64,000 nucleotides of DNA, taken from the NCBI RefSeq assembly GCF_009914755.1, contig NC_060947.1. The stretch is one strand, 5' to 3'. The notes under the pieces were generated by a model. That model was not told the DNA's origin. It was given only the letters and a program-made list of their open reading frames with translations, and made no database searches. Both the position numbers and the translations under genes were made by a program. This DNA is from the human T2T-CHM13v2.0 reference genome, Homo sapiens. This document shows positions 30,869 to 46,330 of this stretch, in pieces; position 1 is the stretch's first letter, and every line of letters starts with the position of its first letter.

Positions 30869-31549
30869 TGGAAAAAAAAAAAAAACCAAACAAAAAAAAC
30901 ATAATGTAAAGAATATCTCTGCAATGGGAATAATTGGATTCCATGAGAAACAATAAAAAAGAATATCTCTTGATGTCTCTTGGCTATTTCTGAAAATATG
31001 ATCCTTCTGGCTTTTCTGGCCATCATGGAGCCAAAACAAGTGTGTAAGCTTTGAACCACAAAAAAGTTCTTGTTTACTGTCAGCCTTAAGGGATATGAGT
31101 GCTTCTAGTTTCTAAATTCTTATCTGTGTTTATTTTGAAGTTTGATAACTATTTCTTCTATTGAAAAAACTTTTAGAAATAAAGAACAGTACTTGGCATT
31201 CCTTAGATATTAACATATTTTTACAAGTGCCATTTTTTTTTCCTCCTGTGCCCTGGGTATTACTGCTGTTGGGTCCCCTTTGGCTGTGCCCCACATCTTT
31301 TGTTGAGCAGCTTCTTTCTTACATCCTGGAGACCTTCAGAGCTTCCCTTTCTTCTGACCCAGCCTGCTGTCCCTCACTCATTATTTCCAGGTTGCCAAGT
31401 CTCTGGGGCTCCTCCCTTTCTGTCGTGTCCTTTTACCTCCCCAGTTCCACCCACTCTCAGTCAACAGCCATCTCAGCCCCACTGATCAAGCCTTCCTGGC
31501 TGAGCTCTGGCTCATGAATTTTCTCTCTTGTTTCAACTCCCATGGCAGT

Positions 31550-32010
31550 TAACCCAGAGTATACAGTTTAGCACTTAATTGTATATTTTCTTTCATTTAT
31601 TTTTATTTGTTGTGTTAGTTTTGTCTCTTCCAGTGAGGCTTCAAACTCCTTGAAAGCAACACATCTTCTATTAAAGAAAAATTCCTCTTAGTACTCTGGT
31701 AGGGATACAGTAAATACTCTCTTTTCTATCAATAAATGTCAATTGTCTCACTGATAGATTGATAGGCACAGATGTGAGACTTTCTACCTGTCTCCGTCAT
31801 ATCTGGTGCTTAATAAATATCTGTCAAATTTGTTATACTTAGTTGAGTCATAAAGATCAGTTCTGAATCTGGTATTCAGTGGGACAAATCACACTGTCTC
31901 TGCATCCATTTTCTCATCTGCAAAATGGAGATTAAAAATGTCTTCCCAATCTACCTCAGAGAGTTACTATGAGGCTTAAATGAGATAATAGTTACAAAAG
32001 TGCTTTGAAA
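31550..32010. mobile_element. L2 and MIR remnants
   Basis: MIR core TTTTCTCATCTGCAAAATGGAGAT..ACCTCAGAGAGTTACTATGAGG..AAATGAGATAAT; L2 3'-end-like motifs. Confidence 0.65.
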
Positions 32011-32228
32011 AGCTTTGCAGCTTTTTTCCTCTACTGCATGAAGATTAGGGATTATTATAGCTCACATTTCCTTTGACAGTAGTCACAGGGTAAAGTAGGG
32101 TTTGGTGTTTATCACACAGAGTGTGTCCCTTTCTAGCCTTTATTAGAATGGTTGGCCATTCTCAGGGAAACCTGAGTACAACCAGAAAGGTAGGAAGAGA
32201 ATAAACATCTGGCTTCCAGTTTTCCTGA

Positions 32229-32743
<515 letters not shown>

Positions 32744-33269
32744 AGGTGGTGAGATTTTGAAATGGAAATTCCCAAGTGAAGTTAGTCTTTATTGCTCCTA
32801 ATTTACATATCCTTTCTGCACTCTTGTTCCATTCCGAAGCTTTCTGTTGTTTTAGTTCCCTCCTGGCAGGTTGGATGCAAGACGTGGTGTAAAGAAAGCT
32901 TAGTGAAGAGGTGAGAACTTCTTCCTTCTGGAGAAGATCCTCTTCTCTGTTCCATTTTTCCAGATTCCAAAAGGAAAATATTACTCTGGTTATCACTGAG
33001 GTTGACATCATTTTTTATTTTTCTTCTTCTTATGTATCTCTCTTCACTCTCTCCCCCTTTCCTTTCCTTCTTTTTGTATTTACAATTTCATGATTTTTTC
33101 CCCTTCTCCTCTCTTCCTGACCTTGGTCCTTTAGTTGACCATAATACCAAAGTATATTTGTTATCGTCAGTGGTATTTCTTGAGATGTTTTTTGTCTCTG
33201 TTTTTAATAAAAATAAAACTATTTGGGGTGTAAGTTTTATATATCCCTTTATTAAAGCAAATTATAAAA

Positions 33270-35345
<2,076 letters not shown>

Positions 35346-35458
35346 GTAAAATATATTTTTTATTAGTGCTTAACCCTAGACTGATGTTTTCTTTTGGGTT
35401 ATTGTTTCCCAGTGAGGCTTCATGCATATATTTCTGCAGGTCTTCCCAGGAAAAATGA

Positions 35459-36232
<774 letters not shown>

Positions 36233-37034
36233 CTAGCCAGGGGGAAGCAAGCACATTTGAAAAATATAGTGTGTATGCTTTAGGATAGGGAGGAATGGAG
36301 AGAGAGAGGAGGACATGGACCGGGGTGGAAAAATGTGGGGTTTCGCATTGATTTTTGGTGTGAGCTTGAACAAGTTTTGTACTAAAAAAAATGCCTGTTT
36401 TACTACTAAAATAAGTGCTTCCTTTGGAGAGTGAGGATCCTCTGTTACTGAGGTTTGTATTTTCAGGCCCTAGCATATAAATCTGCTACATACGAGATAT
36501 TCAACTGGTTTTGGAGGAATGAAGGTGAACATGGCAGTTTCCTCATCTGTAAAAGCAGGGTTTGGACGAAATGATCTGCAAAATGGGTCTTTTTGTACTC
36601 TTACTACTCTAGTATTTACGAGTAACCGATGTTATTCCTTATAAAGTCTCAACTCCTGGTTTGAGCCATGTCTGACGAGGGGGCCTAACTCCAATACCAC
36701 CCTGAACACTCTGGGGTCAGTGGGACCCTGTTTGTACAGACGTCTGCGTCTTCCGGCTCTTTAGGACATAAGCAGTACTGCTATGGAAGAAAGGAAACCT
36801 AATTTCCCATGCCTTGTCCCTTTCTGGAAAGGGCATGGCGTGGTGTGGGCACCACACCTGCCCCAGCCTTCTAGCGAGAAAACAACACAACCTTCCCCGC
36901 TCCCCGAAAAGAGCTTCTCTCCAGTTGGGTCTAGATGCCCCCTTCCCAACCAGGGCGGATGGCCAAAGGCTCCGCTCCCTTGCAGGGTAGGCTTGGAAAG
37001 GCACGGGGCCCGCCTTCCTGGGCACCGGAGCCTG

Positions 37035-37140
37035 TGACGGGCGGAGGGCGTGCGGCGCGCTGGGTTAGTTACCTGGCGCTGGGCGGGGCAAGCGGGAGGC
37101 GGGGGCGGGGCCGGGGTGACATCTCAGGCTGTGATTGGGC
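37035..37140 (+). promoter_or_regulatory. TATA-less proximal promoter with Sp/KLF GC boxes and an inverted CCAAT (NF-Y) box
   Basis: GGGCGG at 37039 and 37081, GGGGCGGGGC at 37102-37111, TGATTGG (CCAATCA on minus) at 37132-37138, TGACG half-CRE at 37035; no TATA seen. Confidence 0.7.
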
Positions 37141-37252
37141 CGCGCCGCGCCTGTCTCCATGTGCCGCGCAGCTGAGGCACAACATTCAAGCCCGGGGGTG
37201 GGGCCGGCGCGCGCCGGGAGGAAGCGGCCGCGCGGCAGCTGCGGGGCGTGGG

Positions 37253-37297
37253 GGTGGTGGTGGCGGCGGCGGTGGTGGCGGCGGCGGCGGCGGCGGC
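37253..37297 (+). repeat. Interrupted trinucleotide repeat (GGT)3(GGC)3(GGT)2(GGC)7 in the presumptive 5' UTR
   Basis: Read directly; ends 87 nt upstream of the ATG. Confidence 0.95.
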
Positions 37298-37384
37298 AGC
37301 TGAGGCCGAGGAGGCGGTGGCTGTGGCGGACGCAGCAGCACCCCAGCTAGGGATAGGGCTCCGCCGCGCCCCCTTGCTGGCCCC

Positions 37385-37657
37385 ATGGAGGCGGCAGCGG
37401 CGGCGGCGGCGGCGGCAGCGGCAGCGGCAGCGGCGGGCGGGGGCTGTGGCTCCGGGCCGCCGCCGCTGCTGCTGAGCGAGGGCGAGCAGCAGTGCTACTC
37501 CGAGCTCTTCGCGCGCTGTGCCGGCGCCGCGGGCGGGGGCCCCGGGTCTGGGCCCCCCGAGGCCGCCAGAGTCGCCCCCGGCACGGCCACTGCGGCCGCC
37601 GGCCCCGTGGCTGACCTGTTTCGGGCATCGCAGCTGCCCGCCGAGACGCTGCACCAG
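37385..37657 (+). CDS. REPS2: REPS2 (RalBP1-associated Eps domain-containing protein 2 / POB1), coding part of exon 1, 91 codons, phase-0 donor
   Basis: Translation MEA15GGGCGSGPPPLLLSEGEQQCYSELFARC...VADLFRASQLPAETLHQ matches the REPS2 N-terminus as I recall it (start of the N-terminal EH-like region). Donor CAG|GTGGGT at 37657/37658; the ORF-track continuation past Q91 is intronic. Confidence 0.95.
37391..37435 (+). repeat. Coding (GCG/GCA)15 polyalanine tract
   Basis: GCG GCA (GCG)6 GCA GCG GCA GCG GCA GCG GCG directly after ATG GAG. Confidence 0.95.
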
Positions 37658-39592
37658 GTGGGTCCCTCCGCCTCCTGTCCCTGCGGGTCTGTGGGGCAGT
37701 GTGTGCGGGGGCGGAGGTTGCGAGTGGGGCGACAGGGCTGCCCCCAGGGACCCGGAGGCCTCGGCCAGTTCTGAGAGAGAGGACTCTGCAGCCGGGGATG
37801 GCGGCGACGCCCTTGTCCCCGGGGGACACCAGCCTCCTTCGCAGCTCAGCTCCTCGCCCAGTGCTGGGTGCGCTCTCCCCATCTTCCTTCCCTGAGACAG
37901 TCTGACACTCTCTCCCCTCCCCCGGCCATTTCTGGGGTTCTGCAGCCGCCCAGACCCAAAGTTTGTCCTGTTCTGGAAGTGGTGTTTGTTTTGGCTGCTG
38001 CCTGGTTTAACCTCTGCTCGCTGCTCCTGCCCCTCCCTCTCCTGAGTGGGTTCTCAGGGTGCCTTGCTGGGATTTCAACTTGAAGGGTGTGTGTGTCCGT
38101 AGGGTTCGAGGCCCAGGGCTGAATGTTGTCCTCTCTATGTAGTTGTAATATATAAGTATCTACTATATGTAATTGCCCATAACATATTTCTAAATATTAA
38201 TATTAAATCGAAAACCTTAATGACAAGTTGCAGAACAGGGACACGGGACTGCAAGAGGACGTTTGTCAAGTCAAAACCAAATTTCCCATTTGAGATTAGA
38301 GGTGGACTTCAGAAGTCCACCATGGGAAACAGCTGTAGTTTCCCATCTATCATTACTTGGACTTGAAATAGAATTGAAAGGTAAGGGATGTCATAGCTAC
38401 CACCTTTTGGCTGTTCTATACTTGGAAAAGTACTAGGGGATGATACATACCAGACGCTGTTTTTGTTTTGTGCTTTCCTTGGAGCTTGGAGAAAGACTAC
38501 TTGATAAGCCTTTGTCTGTCATTTCATGTCACCAGCACTTCATGGTGATAAGACTGTTAATATCAGGTTCAAAACGTGAAATGAAGCTTTTCCTAAAAGC
38601 AATAGTATGAATGTTATTAACACCAATGGAATATTTAGAGTGGCGAGTGGTATTTTAAAATCTAGTTTCAAAGGAGAACTGAGGGTTTTATGGTTCACTT
38701 GCAATGTCATTGTGTTCATACGTATTTTTAAAAAAATTGCTTAAGACTGCGTTTTATACTGCTGGAGTGTTTTTACTGCTATATGTTTGTGAGCATAACT
38801 TTAGACACTTTGTAATCTTTCACCCTTTTGAATTTGGGATTTCTGAAACTGTAACTAGTATTCACAGAACTTAGCATGGCTGTTTATCCCTAAAGAAGTC
38901 CTTGATATGTAGACAGTTCTGCCATTGCTGATGAGTAGTTGAGCTGGATCAGGTAAAGAGAAAGTCAGTGTCTTAAAACACAAACCGTGGCTATTACATG
39001 AGGCCCTCAGAATAGTCCCGAGCATAATACATTTATTCAGTGCTGTAGCTGCTTCCCAGCTGAAAGAGGAATAATTGACTGAGGCTATGCAGCAAGTAAG
39101 TGACAGCTGGGTACCTATTAAGGCTTATTTTGTTGTCAGTAATGCATCGGATAAGAGGAGGTGGGCATAGTAAATCTGAATATGTTGGTTGATGCCTCTT
39201 TAGGAATTGGGAAGAAGGATTTCCTGATGTTAGAACCCATGCTTTCTTGAGGTACATATAGTTTTAAAAGGACCCAAGGCACAGTGGCTGTGCGTGAATG
39301 AGATTATATTTTTGATGTCCAGTTGAAATCTGCTTGCAAAAGACTGCTTCAGATACTGGCAAAAGGGGACATCCCTGCGAGATTGCTTGGAGTAAATCTC
39401 TCAGAGCTCGAAGCTCCCTTATTCAGCCTAGCAAAGCAAAACACATCATCCACCTTTAATCCAACAAAATTACCATAACTCAATATTCTTGGTACAGGTG
39501 AAAATGAACATTGAAGGCATCCTGGACATGTGATCCTAAGAGAGTCAAACAAAGTCAGCAACCAGCAGACACCTAATTTTCACCCATCACTT

Positions 39593-39622
39593 TGGTGGTG
39601 GTGGTGGTGGTGGTGGTGGTGG
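39593..39622. repeat. (TGG)10 microsatellite
   Basis: Read directly. Confidence 0.95.
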
Positions 39623-39904
39623 TGTGTGTATGCTCCATCCACTTTAATTTGCATTACCCCATCAGTGTATTAGCCATTCTTTAAAACAAACGTAGATGTT
39701 TTTACCCTTTCTCTGTTAAACAGGAACCTGTAAGTTGAGATTTAAGTGCCCCAACAGGTATAACTGCTCAAATCTTGGAGGCACTAACCAGTCCTGATAT
39801 TTTCTATGGTAACAACCAGGTTTTCCTCTTAATAAGCATACAATTAAGATTACCATAATAATGTTCCAGGAAGAGTGAGAATCTTGCATTCTTACCACAA
39901 GTAA

Positions 39905-40227
<323 letters not shown>

Positions 40228-40231
40228 TTAA

Positions 40232-41035
40232 CATATTTTTTAATAGACTATTTTTTTTTTTCAGAGCAGTTTTAGGTTCACAGCAAAATTTAGCAGAGTA
40301 CCCATATATCCCCTGCCCCGACACACCCGTAGCTTTCCTTACTCTCAACGTCCCACATCAGAATAATAGAGTTTTTACAATTGATGAACCTACATTGACA
40401 CCTCATTATTCCCCAAAGTGTATATATTAGGGCTCACTCTTGGTGTTGTACATTCTGTGGGTTTGGACAAATGTATAATGACGGTTCCACCATTGTAGTA
40501 TCATACAGAATAGTTTCACTGCTCTAAAAATCTGTGCTCTATTGATTCATCCCTCCCTCTCCACTAACATGTGGCAATCACTGATTTTTTTTTTTTTTTT
40601 ACTGTCCCCATAGTTTTGCCTTTTTTAGAATGTCATATAGTTGGAGTCATACAGTATATAGGCTTTTCACTTTGGCTTCTTTCATGTAGTACTATGCACT
40701 TAAAATTCCTTCATGTCTTTTTATGGTTTGGTGGCTCATTTCTTTATAGTGCTGAATAATATTCCATTGTCTGCATGTACTACAATTTATTTATTCACCT
40801 ACTGAAGGATATCTTGGTTGCTTCCAAGTTTGGGCAATTATGGATAAAGCTGTTATAAACATCTGTATGCAGCCTTTTTTGTTACATGCAGGAGATAAGC
40901 TTTTGACTCATTTGGGTAAATAGCAAGGGGCATGATTGCTAGATTGTATGGTGAGAGTATATTTAGTTTTATAAGAAACTGCCAAACTGCTTTCCAAAGT
41001 GATTGTACCATTTTGCGTTCCCATCAGCAATGCAT
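40232..41035 (-). mobile_element. L1MC/L1MD 3' fragment
   Basis: GAGCAGTTTTAGGTTCACAGCAAAATT..GAATGTCATATAGTTGGA..TAAGAAACTGCCAAACTG. Confidence 0.8.
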
Positions 41036-41286
41036 TGGTTTCTTTACAGAGTATTTATTTTCCTTTGCTGACTTATTTTAACAGCAGGATTCTAGCACTA
41101 GGTGGAAAACGTATATGAGTTTCTGATGTGTGTCAGGTACTGTCCTAGGTGCTGAGGTTATAATAGTGAATCCAACACAATCTCTGTCTTCATGGAGCTT
41201 ATGTTCTCATGTGAATGTTTTTACACTTCAGAGTTTTTATTTGGTTGAGAAAAGACTTGAAATATAACATCCAAAAATAAAATGTC

Positions 41287-41582
41287 AGCCTGGTGCTGTG
41301 GCGCACGCCTGTAGTCCCAGTGCTTTGGGAGACCAAGGATGGGAGGATTGCTTGAGGCCAGGACTTTGAGATCAGCCTGGGTAACATAGTGAGACCCTGT
41401 CTCTACACAAAATAAAATAGCCGGGCATGGTGGCATGCGCTTGTAGTCCTAGCTACTCTGGAGGCTGAGGCAGGAGAATTGCTTGAGCCCAGGAGTTCAA
41501 GGTTATAGTGAACTATGATCGCACCATTGCTCTCCAGCGTAGGCAACAGAGCAAAACCCTGTATCAAAATAAAGTAAAATAA
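41287..41582 (+). mobile_element. AluJ
   Basis: Full dimer. Confidence 0.9.
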
Positions 41583-41904
41583 GCCTGTCAAACCCAAACC
41601 AAATACATGTCAAACCCAGACCTGATTCTTACCACACACTATGCCTTCTAGTAAAATTCTGGCCTTTGAATACCAACAAAATACTTCATAACCTGGGAAA
41701 CCAACTACTCTAACGTTTGTTGCTCTGTCTTGAAATACTAAACAAAACCATTTACCTGTTCGTAGACATATTTTCTTTTTCTAGTTTAAAAGTATCCCAT
41801 TCTGCCATTTTCCACCTAGTGCTAGAATCCTGCTCTTAAAATAAGTCAGCACAGGGAAATAAATACTCTATAAAGAGACCAAAAGACCTTTCAAAATAGG
41901 CTAT

Positions 41905-42254
<350 letters not shown>

Positions 42255-42589
42255 TTAAAGCAGCAAGTTTTGTATTTGATGTAATGAATTAACAGACCGC
42301 TTTATAATATCTATCTTTTAGGATAGTGTCAGTCTCTTGGAATGCTGTGCATGAGTCATCATTAAAATTGGTTTTCATTAAAAAAATTTTTTTAACATAT
42401 ACACATCTTATTGGAGTTTTCTTTTAAAATTCAAAAATGGGAACATTATTTTTTCAAAGCCAAGTAACAGAAGAGTATATAAAAAAGTCAATTTTGTGCA
42501 TATCTTTTTACATTTTCTATGCTCATGTAAAACATACATGACTTATGTAATTATACACATATGCTCCAGATCTCATCTGTATTAATTTT

Positions 42590-42891
42590 TTAAATTATAC
42601 TTTAGTTCTGGGATACACTTGGAGAACGTGCAGTTTTGTTACATAGGTATATATATGTGCCATGGTGATTTGCTGCACCCATCAACCCATCATCTACATT
42701 AGGTATTTCTCCTAATGCTATCTCTCCCCTAGCCCTGCACCCCTGAATAGGCCCCGGTGTGTGATGTTTCCCTCCCTGTGTCCATGTTTTCTCATTGTTC
42801 AGCTCCCACTTATGAGTGAGAACATGCGGTGTTTGGTTTTCTGTTCCTGTGTTAGTTTGCTGAGAATGATGGTTTCCGGCTTCATCCATGT
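42590..42891 (-). mobile_element. L1PA (PA7/8-like) 3' fragment
   Basis: TTATACTTTAGTTCTGGGATAC..CCACTTATGAGTGAGAACATG. Confidence 0.9.
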
Positions 42892-43326
42892 TGGTTTTCA
42901 TTTTTGTGATAGTTAATTCTTGGACATTAAGGGGAATAATTATAAAACACTGTTGCTTCCATATCAAGGGAAATCACTGAATGATTAAAAAAAACCCAAT
43001 AAGTGTTGTCTGATTGTTTAAACAGCTTTCATTGAGGTAAATAAGTAAAACAAAGCTGTGAGAAGTAGGGAATATTTAAACAATTTGTGCGCATGCCCTC
43101 ACCTTTGGGGAGAAGTCTTTTCTGAAGGCTCTCTTCTGATTTTTTGAAGCAACTGTTTAATCATTAAAGAAAATTATAGGTAAAAGACAAATTCTTGTGA
43201 ACTTTCGCTCATTGCTAGATTATTAGGCAGAACTATTTTTTAAAAATTTAAATGAAACAACTTTATATTTTTACATCTTTAGATCATATCATTTTGTAAC
43301 TATACTTTAGGGAAATAGAGGCCAGC

Positions 43327-43601
43327 ATATTAAAACAGTAACTAGGGGCTGGGCAGGGTGGCTCATTGCCTGTAATCCTAGCACTTTGGGAGGCCGAGGC
43401 GGGCAGATCAGCTGAGGTCAGGAGTTTGAAACCAGCCTGGCCAACATAGCGAAACCCCATCTCTACTAAAAATACAAAAATTAGCAGGAGAATTGCTTGA
43501 ACCGGAGAGGCGAAGGTTGCAGTGAGCTGAGATCAGGCCATTGCACTCCAGCCTGGGAGACAAGAGTGAAACTCTGTCTCAAAAACAAACAAACCAAAAA
43601 A

Positions 43602-43640
<39 letters not shown>
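43327..43640 (+). mobile_element. AluS with an internal deletion in the right arm and an (AC)n tail
   Basis: AAAATTAG joined directly to CAGGAGAATTGC; AACAGTAACTAGG / ACCAGTAACTAGG TSD. Confidence 0.9.
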
Positions 43641-43642
<2 letters not shown>

Positions 43643-44444
43643 AAACCAGTAACTAGGACTAACTATATGCTGTTTTAGATTGACAGTATTCTTTTTTTCT
43701 AAAAGAGAATGAATGCCAGCAGATGTAGGAAGTACCAGAGCTAAACCATTGCCTGGTTAAAAGGAGTACCTCTGCATAATAGTTACTTGTTGACTCTTTT
43801 GTAATAAAATATTTCAGGCATGTAAAACTAGACAGTTACCCAAGAAATAACTGTGTATCCACCACTCCGTATAAGTAAAACAGCCCAGCTAGAGTGAAAG
43901 CCTGCTATGTCCCCTTCTCTGGTCCCATTCCCCTCCCTCCCTACCCTGGAGTTACCAGAGTCCTGAATTTGGTGTGCATGATTTGAAGATTTCTTTCTAC
44001 TTTTATTGTATGTATATGTGGATATATATATTTGTGTATATATAAATCACTAAAAAAGATATTATTTTGGATGTCTTTTCAACTTAAGGAATATCGTATT
44101 CTGTGTAACCTTCTGCAACTTGCTTTTCCTCTCATTGTTTTGTTTTTGGAATTCATCTTGTTGACACATGTAATTTCAGTTCATTTATGTTTCCTTTTAA
44201 AAAATCTTTACTACTTACGTTTACAATGACTCATTGTTACAGTGCGGTAGAGACCCTTATGCCAAAAGGAAGTAGGTGGCATTTTTCCTTATTTATATAG
44301 AATGTCACATGACTGGGGGACTGTTCGAAACGTGTATGAAAATTAAGAACACCTTCATAGATAGCAGAATGCACACTTATATTCTTGAGCGTGCTAGGGG
44401 ATGTTTGAGCTAATTAATTGACTTTCATGGGCTTTCTTTTTTTC

Positions 44445-44748
44445 TCATCTTTTATTTTTTTGAGACAGGGTCTTGCTGTGTCACCCAGACTGGAATGCAG
44501 CAATCTGATCATGACTCACTGTACCCTCAACCTCCTGGGCTCAAGCAATCTTCCTGCCTCAGGCTCCCGAGTAGCTGGGAATACAGGTGTGCAGCACCAA
44601 GCCTGGCTAATTTTCTTTTTAAAAATTTGTTGTGGAGATGGTGTCTCATTATGTTGCCCAGCCTGGTCTCAAACTCTTGGGCTCAAGTGATCTCCCGCCT
44701 CAGCCTCCCAAAGTGTTGGGATTACAGGTGTGAGCCACCACACCCTGC
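44445..44748 (-). mobile_element. AluJ
   Basis: Full dimer. Confidence 0.9.
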
Positions 44749-45295
44749 CATTTTTCATCTTTTTAAAAATGGAACATCTCAAATAAGCAAGTAGATAGAA
44801 TAATGCATTAAACCCTGCTGCACTTGCCACTCAGGCCCAACAACTGTCAATGCAAGGTTAATTCAATTCCATCTACATTTCTATCTTTGTTCCCTCTCAC
44901 CTTTGTTATCCTGAAGCAAGTCGCAAACATCATATGGTTCATAGGGCTTATCTTTAAGGAAGGAACCAGGGTGGGCAGAAGGAAATGGAAACATGCAGGG
45001 GTTTAGGTTGGCCAGAAAAGGTACCTGTGGCCTATGGTCAAATGGCAAGACTGATGATGGTTCAATACTGTCAAGCCTTTGGCTGTCATGGAGATAGACG
45101 TGCTTGAGAACTGATTTAGAATAGTTGGGAAACCTGTAGGGAGATTGAAAAAGTAACCAACTGAAGACCAGGAATACAAGATGGATTTGAATATTGTTCT
45201 AGCTTCACACTCCTAAGTAGGGGCTGTCCTATTTTAAGGGTGTAGACAATTGGTTTTGAGGAAATCTTGGGTTGTTTTTGCTAATTATTTATAAC

Positions 45296-45604
45296 TTTTT
45301 TTTTTTTTTTTTTTTTTTTTGAGACAGAGTCTTGCTCTGTCGCCCGGGCTGAAGTGCAGTGGCGCAAGGTCGGCTCACTGCAACCTCCGCCTCCCAGGTT
45401 CAAGCAGTTCTCCCTGCCTCAGCCTTCTGAGTAGCTGGGACTACAGGCGCCCACCACCATGCCTGGCTAATTTTTATATTTTTTAGTAGAGATGGGGTTT
45501 CGCCATGTTGACTAGGCTGGTCTTGAACTCCTGACCTCAGGTGATCTGCCCACCCTGGCCTCCCAAAGTGCTGGGATTACAGGTGTGAGCCACCGCGCCT
45601 GGCC
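45296..45604 (-). mobile_element. AluS
   Basis: TSD TATTTATAACTTT. Confidence 0.93.
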
Positions 45605-45845
45605 TATTTATAACTTTAAAAAGAGGGTTTGGTTCCTTTCCAGGGTTTTTCAAACTTTCTGTTTGTTTCGTATAGGCAAGTTTCTCATGTTTTGTATTGA
45701 TGGCATTCTATTATTCATACCTATCTGTTGGTGGGCAACTAATCAACCTGGGTTGCGCAGGACTGAAGGATTTCCTGGGGGCATGGAACTTCAGTCTTCA
45801 GACAGTCCTAGGCAAACTGGGATGGTCACCCCCTCTCTTGGTTGC

Positions 45846-46330
45846 TGCATTAGTTATCTATTGCTCTATAATGAATTACCACAAACTTAGCAGCTTAAAG
45901 CAGCACACAGTTATTATCTCCCAGTTTCTGTGGGTTCGGGAGTCTGGACATGGCTCAGTTGGGTCCTCAGCTCAGAGTTTCATAAAGCCACAATCAAGGT
46001 GTCTGGAGCTTGGAGTCCTCTGTGGAGGTCCAACACTTGGTTGCAGAATTCAGTTCCTTGTGATTTTAGAACTGAGGCTCTCAACTTCGAGGCTTCCTGC
46101 AGTTCCCTCCACATGGCCTTCTCCATAGGCAATTCACAACATGGCTCTTGGCTTCTTCAAGGCCAGCAGGAGAGTGTCTCTCTCCAGTTAGCTCAGACAC
46201 CTTTGCCATAGTCCATTAGTTAGAAGCAAGTCACAGGTTTTGTCTGCTCTCAAGGGGAGGGGATTATACAAAACAACAGAGACCAGGAGGTGAGAATTTT
46301 GCGGGGGACACCTTAGGATCTTTCCACCAC
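45846..46330 (-). mobile_element. MLT1-family LTR
   Basis: TGCATTAGTTATCTATTGCT..ACCACAAACTTAGCAGCTTAAA..GAAGCAAGTCACAGG. Confidence 0.75.

Larger units (their letters stand above)
36950..37950. promoter_or_regulatory. CpG island over the REPS2 promoter, exon 1 and start of intron 1
   Basis: Very GC- and CpG-rich compared with CpG-depleted flanks; limits estimated by eye. Confidence 0.9.

Noticed and set aside
37658-37774. ORF-track extension of REPS2 to 129 aa (VGPSASC...)
   Set aside because: Read-through past a canonical donor into intron 1; does not match the REPS2 protein as I recall it.
39300-39590. Non-repetitive, mRNA-like stretch in intron 1 considered as a processed pseudogene or cryptic exon
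   Set aside because: No recognisable protein motif in the frames I translated, and no poly(A) or TSD; needs BLAST to exclude fully.
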